DNA from: Candidatus Omnitrophota bacterium
Lineage (GTDB): Bacteria > Omnitrophota > Gorgyraeia > Tantalellales > Tantalellaceae
Assembly: GCA_014728075.1 (NCBI GenBank)
Contig: WJMG01000078.1
Coordinates: forward strand, 2,668-66,667
Direction: 5' to 3'
Length of the DNA stretch: 64,000 bases
In this document: piece after piece, positions 16,991-26,058 of the stretch
Layout of the letters: each line of letters begins with the position of its first letter
How positions within the stretch are numbered: position 1 is the stretch's first letter
Translations under genes and position numbers: made by a program
The notes under the pieces: model-generated
Database searches by the model: none
What the model was told of the DNA's origin: nothing
What the model saw: the letters and a program-made list of their open reading frames with translations, nothing else

Positions 16991-18811
16991 TTAGGCTGTT
17001 TTTACGGCATTGAACTTACAGGCGGCCAGGCACTGCCCGCATTTTATGCATTTTTCTATGTCAATGGCGTGGCGTTCACGGGGGGAACCCGTTACCGCTC
17101 CGGCCGGGCAGACTTTCTTACACGCGGTACAACCGACACAATCCTCGGTAATATAATATTCCAGAAGGTTCCGGCATTCCCCCGAGCGGCACTTTTTTTC
17201 TTTTATGTGCTCCTCATATTCCTCGCGGAAATTCTTTATCGTGCTCAGCACTGGATTCGGCGCCGACTGGCCCAATCCGCACAGTGACGCTTTTTTGATC
17301 GTTTTCCCGAGGCGTTCCAGCTTCTCTATGTCCCCTTCCATTCCGCGCCCTTCGGTTATCCTGGTAAGGATCTCGAGCATTCTTTTGGTGCCTTCCCTGC
17401 ACGGCGTACATTTCCCGCAGGACTCGTTCTGGGTAAATTCAAGAAAAAACCTCGCTATACCGACCATACAGGAATCTTCGTCTATCACGATCATCCCCCC
17501 GGAACCCATTATCGAACCGGCTCTCGCCAGAGACTCGTAATCGATCGGGGTGTCGAGGTACTCTTCGGGAAGACATCCTCCCGAGGGCCCCCCCGTCTGC
17601 ACCGCCTTGAACTTTTTATCTTCCGGTATTCCGCCCCCGATGTCGAAAATGATCTCGCGCAGGGTAGTCCCCATGGGCACTTCGACCAGACCGGTATTAC
17701 GCACTTTGCCCGCGACAGCGAATACCTTGGTCCCTTTGCTTTTCTCCGTCCCCACCGAGCTGAACCAGTCGGCGCCGTCCATTATTATCACGGGTATGTT
17801 CGCCCATGTCTCTACATTGTTTATCAGGGTCGGTTCACCGAAAAGCCCCGAAACCGACGGGAAAGGCGGCCTCGGCCTGGGCATACCCCTTGATCCCTCT
17901 ATCGAATGAATGAGCGCCGTCTCTTCCCCGCAGACGAACGCGCCCGCCCCGAGCTTTATTTCGACATCAAAAGAAAAATCCGATCCGAGGATATTCTCGC
18001 CGATAATGCCGTGTTCCCTGGCGTCCTTGATCGCTTTTTCCAGACGCCTGATGGCCAGCGGATACTCAGCCCTTATGTAAATTATCCCCCTGGAAGCCCC
18101 CACGGCGTACCCGCCTATTATTATGCCTTCCAGGACCGTATGGGGATCTCCTTCAATGGCGCTTCTGTCCATGAAAGCGCCCGGATCGCCTTCGTCCGCG
18201 TTACATATAACATATTTCTTTTCACCTGCGGCCTTTCTGGTGAAATCCCACTTCAACCCCGTGGGGAACCCCGCGCCTCCCCTGCCCCGTAATCCCGATC
18301 TTTTGACTTCCTCCACTACCTCTTCGGGACTCATGCTGGAAAGCACCCTGGCCAGGGCCTCGTATCCTCTCAAGGCCAGGTAGTCATCAATACTTTCAGG
18401 GTCTATTATCCCGCAGTTCCGCAGAGCTATTCTCATCTGTTTTCCGAAAAAACCCACATCTCCGAAAACCCTGAAGAACTTGTTATAAAGGTGGTTTTCC
18501 TCTATTACCAGACGAGCTACGGGCTTGCCTTTGATTATATGTTCTTCAAGTATCTCCTCCAGGTCCGCTTTCCCGACATTCCCGTAGATAGTGTACCCGG
18601 GATTGACTATCATTACAGGCCCCCTGGCGCACATTCCCAGGCACCCGGACAGATTGACCTTTACATCCCTGTAGCTAAGCCCTTTTTCCCGGAATCCGTC
18701 CTTTAAAGCGCTCAAAAGCTCCTTTGACCCCTTGTGCATGCATCCGGGCCCGTCGCAGAGGGTTATGACCCTCGCGGCGACCACATCGTCTCGTTTATAC
18801 TTCTCAGCCAT
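16991..18811 (-). CDS. hydB: NuoF-like flavoprotein subunit (HydB/HndC) with N-terminal 2Fe-2S thioredoxin-like domain, FMN/NADH-binding core and C-terminal 2x[4Fe-4S]
   Basis: GRGGAGFPTGLKW. CGKCTPCREG. CVGCTACKKVCP and CIKCGQCLAAC. Confidence 0.9.
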   Translation of the reverse strand: MAEKYKRDDVVAARVITLCDGPGCMHKGSKELLSALKDGFREKGLSYRDVKVNLSGCLGMCARGPVMIVNPGYTIYGNVGKADLEEILEEHIIKGKPVARLVIEENHLYNKFFRVFGDVGFFGKQMRIALRNCGIIDPESIDDYLALRGYEALARVLSSMSPEEVVEEVKRSGLRGRGGAGFPTGLKWDFTRKAAGEKKYVICNADEGDPGAFMDRSAIEGDPHTVLEGIIIGGYAVGASRGIIYIRAEYPLAIRRLEKAIKDAREHGIIGENILGSDFSFDVEIKLGAGAFVCGEETALIHSIEGSRGMPRPRPPFPSVSGLFGEPTLINNVETWANIPVIIMDGADWFSSVGTEKSKGTKVFAVAGKVRNTGLVEVPMGTTLREIIFDIGGGIPEDKKFKAVQTGGPSGGCLPEEYLDTPIDYESLARAGSIMGSGGMIVIDEDSCMVGIARFFLEFTQNESCGKCTPCREGTKRMLEILTRITEGRGMEGDIEKLERLGKTIKKASLCGLGQSAPNPVLSTIKNFREEYEEHIKEKKCRSGECRNLLEYYITEDCVGCTACKKVCPAGAVTGSPRERHAIDIEKCIKCGQCLAACKFNAVKTA

Positions 18812-18821
18812 TTTTTCCTCT

Positions 18822-19178
18822 CTATTTTATGACCCACTCTTCGATTATTTCTCCCTTTTTCAAATGCCTTTCGATTATCTCCCTGGCCCTTTCGGGGTCC
18901 ACCTTTCCGTATTTCACGGGTATTTTTCCTTCTTCTATTACTTCGACCGTAGGCTCCAGGTTGCACCTTCCGGCACATCCTTTCTGGCTCAGGTAAACAT
19001 CGGTAAGCCCCTTTCTTACGGCTTCCTCGAATATCTGCATTATTTCTTTCGATCCTGCGGCGATCTCGCAGGTAGCCATGCCTACATAGACCCGTTTGGT
19101 CGAAAGATAACCTTTGCCTATTATCCGGTTGACCGCTTCAGCCCTTTTCTTTTTAATGTTGTCTATCGGTTTTACCAC
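18822..19178 (-). CDS. HndB/NuoE-like thioredoxin-fold ferredoxin domain protein (118 aa, only three Cys), GTG start
   Basis: Strong RBS AGGAGG before the GTG. Cys at 37, 68 and 72. Confidence 0.55.
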   Translation of the reverse strand: MVKPIDNIKKKRAEAVNRIIGKGYLSTKRVYVGMATCEIAAGSKEIMQIFEEAVRKGLTDVYLSQKGCAGRCNLEPTVEVIEEGKIPVKYGKVDPERAREIIERHLKKGEIIEEWVIK

Positions 19179-19189
19179 TTTTCCTCCTG

Positions 19190-21013
19190 CTATATTGTGA
19201 AAACAAAAGTATTACCCTTATCTCCCGGAAAAACATCGATGCTTCCTCCGTGGCTCTCTATTATTTCCCTTGTTATGAAAAGCCCCAGGCCTGTGCCTTT
19301 CTCCTTCTTTACCTCCTCTCCCTCCAGCCGTGAAAACCTCTTGAACAGTCTTTTCTTTTCCTGCGGGGTTATGGGCCTTCCGTCGTTATACACGCTGACC
19401 TCCGCCCCGCCTTCCGGACGGCGTACGGCCTTCACCTGTATCTTACCGTTTTTTTTCCCGTATTTTATTGCGTTGCTTATAAGATTGTTGGCCACTACCC
19501 TCATAAGGTCTTCATCGGCTTCAACCTCCATTGCTTCCGGGATATCTATTGCTACTTCTATTTCTTTAGCGCTTATCCTCTTGGCGAAAGTATCCACCGA
19601 AACATCAAAAATATCCTCTTTGATCTTCAGCGGTACCTTGTCCACCTTTATCTCCCCTTTCTCTATCCTGCTGAGGCTGAGGAAATTCTTAACGGTCGAG
19701 TCGAGATGGTCCAGGTTCCTTCCTATGGAATCCAGCGCCTTCTGCTGCTTGAAGTTAACCATGCCCAGAAAACCGTCCCGGACGGAATAAACATTCAGGA
19801 TGGCCGAGGACAGGATGCCCTTGAGCTCATGCGAAACGAAGCCGATCAGGTCAAGATAGCTTTTATTCAGGGCTTCCAGTTTGCGATTGGAAACTTTTAG
19901 CTCTCCGTAGCTCTCGCTGAGTTTCCTGGCCATATTGTTGAAAGAAGCCGATAGCTTGTTCAGTTCGGTTATAGCGGTATGCGGCCTGACCCGGCACTTC
20001 AGGTCGCCCGCGGATATCTTCTCCGTCGCTTTCAACATATCCTTGACCGGCCGCGAGATCACACCCGCCAGTAGAACAGAAAGAAATATGGCCATGACCA
20101 CGGCTCCCGAGACTATGAGCATGTACAACAGCAAAGAGTTCCTTGCTATGTCATGAAAGGGCTTCTCGAGAACACCAACATACAATATACCTATTATTGC
20201 GCCTTCAGGGTTCCGTATGGGCTCGTAGCCGGTAATATACCAGTCGTTCACCACGAAAGCCCTGTCCAGCCAGGTGCGCCCGTTCTTTACAACATTGTCA
20301 TAAACCTCTTCTGAAACCCTTGTCCCTATAGCCCGTTCGCCTTCGGCATTAAGCACATTTGTAGCTACCCTTACATCATCCTGAAAGATCGTGACCGTTC
20401 CCACCGGCCGGTCCTCGTATATCTTTTCTTCGAAAACCAGGTCCCTTATCTTGTCTACCAGTTCGTAATCCCGGTTGATTATCCTGCCCCCGACCATTAC
20501 CTGTTCTATCTTTCCTTCAGTATCCTCTACGGGTACGGCGTATTCTTTGACCATCAGGTCCTTAAGCACTTTCCTGGAACTCGGGCGCGCCTTTGGGGTA
20601 TACAGGATCCTTATCCCCTCCCCGGGCTCGATCCCCGGCTTAGGCCCTGCCCCGGCCAGTATGCGGACGCCTCCCGAAGGTAAGCCTTCAGCGGCTTTAC
20701 GAGCAAGAAGATTGGCGCTTTTCCCCGCTTCTTCGGCCGTAAGGCTGTAAACATAGTGCAGTTCCGCTTTGCTTTTTATCCATACGGGATCGGCGCCGGG
20801 GTCTACGAGGCTGAGCGCCTGCCCTATGTCCTTTATCTCCTCGTTAAAAACACTGGCGGCCGCCTTCAGGTCGTCGGTCACCTGGTCCTGGGCACGGTCG
20901 ATGACATTACTTTTTATCAGGTAAAAGCCCAGTGTCCCGGCCGATACCCCGAGAAAAAGTATCACCGTCATAAAAGACAGCAATATTGTCGTCTTAAGCG
21001 TCCGTGTCCTCAT
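19190..21013 (-). CDS. Sensor histidine kinase with a ~260-aa extracytoplasmic dCache-like domain (TM-dCache-TM-HAMP-HisKA-HATPase_c) embedded in the hydrogenase operon
   Basis: Two TM segments, HAMP (ISAGDLKCRV) and H-box VSHELKG. The periplasmic domain has a Cache-like pattern. Confidence 0.8.
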   Translation of the reverse strand: MRTRTLKTTILLSFMTVILFLGVSAGTLGFYLIKSNVIDRAQDQVTDDLKAAASVFNEEIKDIGQALSLVDPGADPVWIKSKAELHYVYSLTAEEAGKSANLLARKAAEGLPSGGVRILAGAGPKPGIEPGEGIRILYTPKARPSSRKVLKDLMVKEYAVPVEDTEGKIEQVMVGGRIINRDYELVDKIRDLVFEEKIYEDRPVGTVTIFQDDVRVATNVLNAEGERAIGTRVSEEVYDNVVKNGRTWLDRAFVVNDWYITGYEPIRNPEGAIIGILYVGVLEKPFHDIARNSLLLYMLIVSGAVVMAIFLSVLLAGVISRPVKDMLKATEKISAGDLKCRVRPHTAITELNKLSASFNNMARKLSESYGELKVSNRKLEALNKSYLDLIGFVSHELKGILSSAILNVYSVRDGFLGMVNFKQQKALDSIGRNLDHLDSTVKNFLSLSRIEKGEIKVDKVPLKIKEDIFDVSVDTFAKRISAKEIEVAIDIPEAMEVEADEDLMRVVANNLISNAIKYGKKNGKIQVKAVRRPEGGAEVSVYNDGRPITPQEKKRLFKRFSRLEGEEVKKEKGTGLGLFITREIIESHGGSIDVFPGDKGNTFVFTI

Positions 21014-21635
21014 TGATCACGCCTTTTTTGTCCGTGTTTATGAAATAAATTATGTTTTCCAGCTCCAGGCCCAGATTCACATTGTTTATAACGGTATCCT
21101 CCTCGCCCTTGAGATTAATGGGCGCGAAGTTGAGGATCCCTTTTATCCCGGCTGATACCATTATTTCAAGCACCTGCTGAGCAGCTATATCCGGCACGGC
21201 TATTATGCCCACCCTTATTCCGTGCTCTTTTACATACCCCCTCATCTTATCCAGCTGAAGCACGGGTATCTTTTCATCCGCATTGTACTTGGCGGGATCT
21301 ATATCAAATCCCGCTACTATCCTTATGTTCTCCTTTTCAAATCCCCGGTAATTCATCATGGCGGTGCCGATATGTCCGGTCCCGACCACGATAACATCCT
21401 GGACCTTGTCCTTGCCGAGTATCTTATTAAGCTTTTCAACCAGTTCGGCGACCGTATACCCTCCTCTTTTGTTTCCTGATATACCGAACATCGAAAAATC
21501 TTTTCTTACCTGGGCGGGGGTAACCCCCACCGCATCCGCGAGATTATCCGAAAAGACCTTTACAAAGCCCATTTTCTTTAGTCTATATAACGCGTTTTTA
21601 TATTTGGATAACCGTATTATCGTTCTTTTGCTCAT
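20994..21635 (-). CDS. rex: Redox-sensing transcriptional repressor Rex
   Basis: N-terminal winged helix (TIIRLSKYKNALYRL) and Rossmann GTGHIG NADH-binding motif. Confidence 0.85.
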   Translation of the reverse strand: MSKRTIIRLSKYKNALYRLKKMGFVKVFSDNLADAVGVTPAQVRKDFSMFGISGNKRGGYTVAELVEKLNKILGKDKVQDVIVVGTGHIGTAMMNYRGFEKENIRIVAGFDIDPAKYNADEKIPVLQLDKMRGYVKEHGIRVGIIAVPDIAAQQVLEIMVSAGIKGILNFAPINLKGEEDTVINNVNLGLELENIIYFINTDKKGVINEDTDA

Positions 21636-21669
21636 ATTATTGTTCCTTTATTCACATTATTCTGCATAA

Positions 21670-21697
21670 ATTTTACCATTTATCAGCAGAAAGTCAA
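21670..21697 (-). promoter_or_regulatory. Sigma70-like promoter for the rex-hydrogenase operon (minus strand: -35 TTGACT at 21692-21697, 16-nt spacer, -10 TAAAAT at 21670-21675)
   Basis: Direct reading of the reverse complement. Confidence 0.5.
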
Positions 21698-21702
21698 CCT
21701 TT

Positions 21703-21720
21703 TTGTGATTTTTTTCACAT
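21703..21720. promoter_or_regulatory. Rex operator-like inverted repeat TTGTGA-tttttt-TCACAT (TGTGA-N6-TCACA, as in the Streptomyces ROP-type consensus)
   Basis: Direct reading. It lies immediately upstream of the -35 of the rex promoter. Confidence 0.55.
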
Positions 21721-21727
21721 TTTTTAT

Positions 21728-21760
21728 CCAGAAAAAGGCACTCCCGTGCCTTTTTTCTGG
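21728..21760. terminator. Bidirectional rho-independent terminator (ccag-aaaaa-GGCAC-tccc-GTGCC-tttttt-ctgg) downstream of the MFS transporter gene
   Basis: Direct reading. There are T-runs on both strands. Confidence 0.65.
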
Positions 21761-21765
21761 ATCAT

Positions 21766-23139
21766 TTAAAGCTCTCTCGGAGGCTTTCCCGCTCTCCAGT
21801 GCTCTTCGATATCCTCCAGTTTATGCCCTTTGGTCTCCGGAACAAAGAAAAAACAAAAAAGCCATCCCGCTATCCCCAATCCCGAGTACAACCAGAATGT
21901 CCCGGCCTTGCCCAGCTTTTCTATAAGCGTAAGAAAGGTCATCGCTATAACCAGGTTAAAAGCCCAGTTGCACATGGTGCTCAAGCTCATCGCTCTTCCC
22001 CTTATCTTGAGAGGAAAGACTTCGGCGATTATCAGCCAGGCAATGGGCCCGAGACTAACGGCAAAAGACGCTATATAAAGCATGAGGCTGCCTACGGCTA
22101 CCCACTTCAGCGCCCCCGAAAGACTGGCCATGTTGAAGGCGAAACCGAGAGCCCCGAGGCTAATGACCATTCCAGCAAGGCCCCAGAAAAGAAGCTTGCG
22201 TCTTCCCACTCTGTCGACCAGTTTTATGGCTACCACGGTCATAAGAACATTAACTATCCCTACTCCCATCGTGGCAAGTATCGCTACCTGCGCCGAACCG
22301 AACCCCGCGAACCCGAATATTGTAGGAGCGTAATATATTACCGTATTTATGCCCGTTATCTGCTGAAAGAACATTATCCCTATCCCTATTACCAGCGGCA
22401 TCCTTAGCCAGGGCTGAAAAAGCTCTTTCCATCCGCCGCTTTCTTCCGTAAGGGATCTGCGGATATCGGATATTTCCTCTTCTATGTTATCGTCCTTTTG
22501 TCTGATCTTTCCCAGAACTTCCCTTGCCCTGTCAACGAGGGAACGGCTCATCAGCCATCTGGGGCTGGCCGGGAGAAAGGATATACCTATACCCAGCAGG
22601 ATCGCCGGCACGGCTCCTACCGCGAACATCCATCGCCATTCATGCCTGCCGGCGAATAAGTAGTCGATAAGATAGGAAAGGACAATGCCGCAGGTAATGG
22701 CCAGCTGGTTGAGGGAAACCAGAGCCCCCCGTATGTTCGGAGGGGACACCTCGGAGATATACAGCGGCGCGGCGAAAGAGGCTATCCCGATCGCTATCCC
22801 TATGACGACCCGTCCCGCCACCAGAAACCCCACCCCGGGCGCCAGGGCGGTCGCCAGAGAGCCCAGCACGAAGATCACGGCCGTGGCGATTATTATTTTT
22901 TTACGGCCGAACATGTCCGAGAGCTGTCCGCTCAAAGCGGCACCCGCTATGGCTCCCACCAGAACGGCGCTCACCACGACCTCTTCCGAAGCCGAAGTAA
23001 GGGCAAACTGGTCCTTCAGAAAAAGCACGGCTCCGGAGATAACCCCCGTATCGTACCCGAAAAGCAATCCCGCCAGCGCCGCGACTCCCGCGGCGACATA
23101 AACGAACAGGTTCTCTTTACCTCCCGGCTTCTGCTCCAT
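21766..23139 (-). CDS. MFS transporter, sugar-porter family
   Basis: 12 TM helices. GRVVIGIAIG and PETKG motifs. Confidence 0.8.
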   Translation of the reverse strand: MEQKPGGKENLFVYVAAGVAALAGLLFGYDTGVISGAVLFLKDQFALTSASEEVVVSAVLVGAIAGAALSGQLSDMFGRKKIIIATAVIFVLGSLATALAPGVGFLVAGRVVIGIAIGIASFAAPLYISEVSPPNIRGALVSLNQLAITCGIVLSYLIDYLFAGRHEWRWMFAVGAVPAILLGIGISFLPASPRWLMSRSLVDRAREVLGKIRQKDDNIEEEISDIRRSLTEESGGWKELFQPWLRMPLVIGIGIMFFQQITGINTVIYYAPTIFGFAGFGSAQVAILATMGVGIVNVLMTVVAIKLVDRVGRRKLLFWGLAGMVISLGALGFAFNMASLSGALKWVAVGSLMLYIASFAVSLGPIAWLIIAEVFPLKIRGRAMSLSTMCNWAFNLVIAMTFLTLIEKLGKAGTFWLYSGLGIAGWLFCFFFVPETKGHKLEDIEEHWRAGKPPREL

Positions 23140-23213
23140 GGCGTCTCCTTCGGTTGCGCTCTTTTAGAGAGCAAGTTGAAAATTTACAGCAAAACGGACG
23201 GCCCCGGACTTCT

Positions 23214-24314
23214 TCACGGGCCGTAACGGCTTCTTCTCTTTCTTTCCCCTGATACTTTTTCCCGCTCGAGCACGCCGCTGACCGCGTCCGTCCACGATCC
23301 GTCCCCGTGCGCTTGCAGGCAATACAGCCAGTATTCCGCTCCCCATAAAAGTATAGTGTCAAAACCTATATTTTCAAATTCGCTTACCGCTTTTACGGCT
23401 TTTCCGGGGTCACAGCTCGGAGGATGTCCTTTCTTTTTATACACAAGATGTCCCGGCTCCCACGGCTCCGCCTGCAGCTCGACTATCCATGGCTCTTTCC
23501 CGGCATCGAGGCTTTTTTCGTAAAGCGCCGTAAAATACTTTTCCCTGCCGGGTTCCGTGGTCTTCCAGTAAAGATCGAACCACCAGAGCCTGTGCCCCAC
23601 CGTGGGGTATATATTGTATCCTATTATATCGCACAGTTCTAAACACTCTTCTATGGCGTCGTGCTTTACGGATGCCCTGGCCAAGATCCTCAGCAATGTA
23701 TTTGGATAAGTAGCCGCGGTTAAAAGTATTTTTCTTCTGCCTCCGTCAAGTATCCTTACCAGGTCCACTTCCCGCTCGAGAAAATCCCTTCCTATATACC
23801 AGGACCTTCCTCCGAACCTGTTGAGGGGCTCGTTCTCGACCTGCCACACTTTGATGATCTCCCGCTCCCTGTAACGCTTTACTACCCTCGTTACGAACTC
23901 GAGGGTCTTTTTTCTTAAAAGGCTATCTTCAGAAACATCCCTTCCGTAAGGAAGGTCCGCCTTCCGTTCAAGCCATGCGGGAATGAAATATTCGGGCCAT
24001 CGCGGGGCTTTCATCCCGACCGTAAGGATGACGGGGACTTTTTTCCTCTCCGCGAGGTCTATCTGGCGGTCCAGCTCACTGAAATCAAAGACACCTTCCT
24101 TTTTTTCTATCCGGCTCCAGTAAGCGCCCAGTCTGATAATATCGAACCCCATCTCCAGCACCGAGCCTAAGACCTCTTCCCCGGACATCTCAAGGTATTC
24201 CCTCTGTACGGGACTGAAGGTCGTGCCTATCCTGTCCGCGCGTGCGCCCGCTGCTGACGGGACACAAAACAAGAGCGTGAAAACAGTAATTATTGTACGG
24301 CTAAGCAAAGTCAT
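23214..24314 (-). CDS. Secreted glycoside hydrolase, clan GH-A TIM-barrel (GH5-like; NEP catalytic motif)
   Basis: WQVENEP motif. Signal peptide after the corrected start (RBS GGGAGGG). Confidence 0.55.
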   Translation of the reverse strand: MTLLSRTIITVFTLLFCVPSAAGARADRIGTTFSPVQREYLEMSGEEVLGSVLEMGFDIIRLGAYWSRIEKKEGVFDFSELDRQIDLAERKKVPVILTVGMKAPRWPEYFIPAWLERKADLPYGRDVSEDSLLRKKTLEFVTRVVKRYREREIIKVWQVENEPLNRFGGRSWYIGRDFLEREVDLVRILDGGRRKILLTAATYPNTLLRILARASVKHDAIEECLELCDIIGYNIYPTVGHRLWWFDLYWKTTEPGREKYFTALYEKSLDAGKEPWIVELQAEPWEPGHLVYKKKGHPPSCDPGKAVKAVSEFENIGFDTILLWGAEYWLYCLQAHGDGSWTDAVSGVLEREKVSGERKRRSRYGP

Positions 24315-24375
24315 AAGAACCCTCCCGGTCCACCTTGCCCCGTTCACGGCAGTTCCGGTCCCGGCATCTTAAGCG

Positions 24376-26058
24376 TCAGCGTGTCAAAGTATCAGGCTCC
24401 CGCCCTTCGGCAGACCGACCGCTTCCTCTTCCCTTTTCGGTGACCCAAAAGGTCATATACTTTCCCAGCATCAGGCGTGTCTGAGCGTCAAGTGCCGGTA
24501 GCGCGCTGAAAAAGATTATGGTAAAAGGCATAAGAAGCCACTGCAGGGCGTAACCGGCCCTTCTAAAGAGGTTTTTTTTGTCTTTCATCGGGGGCAGCAG
24601 GCACAGGCTCAGCGCTATACTGGTCAACAAGGAGATCGACGCCAGGTTAAAGATGGTTCCCGTAATACGGGGCGCGCTGTAATAGAAAACAGTATGTGAA
24701 TAATCCTTCCCCGCGAAAAACGCCGGCAGCCAGCCGATTATTGTCAGCAGGAAGGCCCAGGTGGTCCAGGAAACATGTCCTTCGAACAATTTAAATGCAT
24801 ACTTGAACTTCCTGGTCAAAGAGATCTTACGGTCCTTGAGGAAGCCCCTTACCACTATAGGAAAGTTCTCCACCCCCCAGGCCCATCTTCTTTTCTGTTT
24901 ATATACATTTTTCAGTGTATGCCACCAATTGTCCGCCACGACCGCGTCCATTGACACGGTCGTGTACATGGGAACGGCCTTGTAATTCCCGTCAAAACGC
25001 AGAAAAGCCTTCCAGAATATGGCCGAATCGTCCGATATCATATCCACCGGCCAGTATCCCGTTTCAACCAGGGCCTTGAAACTCATGCTGTGGCTTGAAA
25101 AAGTAACGAGCGTTTCCGGATTAGTAGCTTCTATCAGCTGAAAAAAGGACGACCCGGCCTCAAGCACCCTGGTTATCCCCGGGGCATCCCAGATATTGTT
25201 ATTATAAACAGGTACGGGCTGGAAGCTGGACCTTTCTCTTTCCGGATCGGCCATAAAGTAATATGTCAGCGCGGCGAAATAATCGGGTTTTATGACCGTA
25301 TCGGAATCAAAACAGGACGAGATCACATTCCTGTAAGGTATGTGCTTTCCCTTCAGGTATTCCGCGGCTTTTTTCGCGGCATTTGTGGTATTAGCTCCCT
25401 TTGCCCTGGCTTCACCTTCTATGCCGTCCGGGTGGTACTCTACGAGGAAGTCGCAAAAAGCGCTAGAGTATTTTTCCCGGATCTCTTCCGCGCCTTTTTT
25501 TACCTCTTCATCGGCCCTTTCCTCAACTGCCAGGATCACAATGATCCTTTCCGGGGGGAAAACGCTGCGGGCTATGCTGTTTATCCCGGGCTCAACAACA
25601 TCTTTGGCCTCACCGGCTACCGGGACAATGACAAGGTGGTATATCTCCGAGAAAAGCGGCGGCCTCTCCCCCTGTCTTCTAAGACGCTGCAGGTCTTTGA
25701 GATAGCAATAGGCCGAAAGTCTTTCCTTAAGACCGTCCTTCCGGGGAGCTTGTTCAAGCTGTTCCAGGGTCTCCTCAAGCCGGTCAACGCTCCGGGCCCT
25801 TTTCAGCCAGTCGGTATCCCTTTCGGAAGCCAGGCGTAAATAGGAGAGAATCAGGAAAAATGTCATATACAGAAGCTTGAGAAGCCAGTACAGATAAAAC
25901 GCTATTATTATGACGGCCGCGTAAAGCGGATAAAACCGGGCCAACACCGCCATGCCGATCATTATCCCCCAGCTGGCGGCTCCGGGAACTATTTCCAACA
26001 CCCTCTGAACGACTTTTTCCCCGCCCGTGAGCCCCTGGGCCGTGAACTCGAAATTCAT
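24376..26058 (-). CDS. Processive family-2 glycosyltransferase (cellulose/PNAG-synthase-like membrane GT2)
   Basis: DSD (DxD). QKRRWAWG (QxxRW). Multiple TM helices. Confidence 0.75.
   Translation of the reverse strand: MNFEFTAQGLTGGEKVVQRVLEIVPGAASWGIMIGMAVLARFYPLYAAVIIIAFYLYWLLKLLYMTFFLILSYLRLASERDTDWLKRARSVDRLEETLEQLEQAPRKDGLKERLSAYCYLKDLQRLRRQGERPPLFSEIYHLVIVPVAGEAKDVVEPGINSIARSVFPPERIIVILAVEERADEEVKKGAEEIREKYSSAFCDFLVEYHPDGIEGEARAKGANTTNAAKKAAEYLKGKHIPYRNVISSCFDSDTVIKPDYFAALTYYFMADPERERSSFQPVPVYNNNIWDAPGITRVLEAGSSFFQLIEATNPETLVTFSSHSMSFKALVETGYWPVDMISDDSAIFWKAFLRFDGNYKAVPMYTTVSMDAVVADNWWHTLKNVYKQKRRWAWGVENFPIVVRGFLKDRKISLTRKFKYAFKLFEGHVSWTTWAFLLTIIGWLPAFFAGKDYSHTVFYYSAPRITGTIFNLASISLLTSIALSLCLLPPMKDKKNLFRRAGYALQWLLMPFTIIFFSALPALDAQTRLMLGKYMTFWVTEKGRGSGRSAEGREPDTLTR

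Noticed and set aside
16184-17287. 367-aa plus-strand ORF
   Set aside because: It is entirely antisense to hydA/hydB, which carry unmistakable Fe-S and H-cluster motifs. It has no RBS or domain signal and is a spurious antisense ORF.
18732-19790. 352-aa plus-strand ORF
   Set aside because: It is antisense to the hydB 5' end, the HndB-like gene and the sensor kinase. It has a low-complexity Ser/Phe/Leu composition typical of antisense translation.
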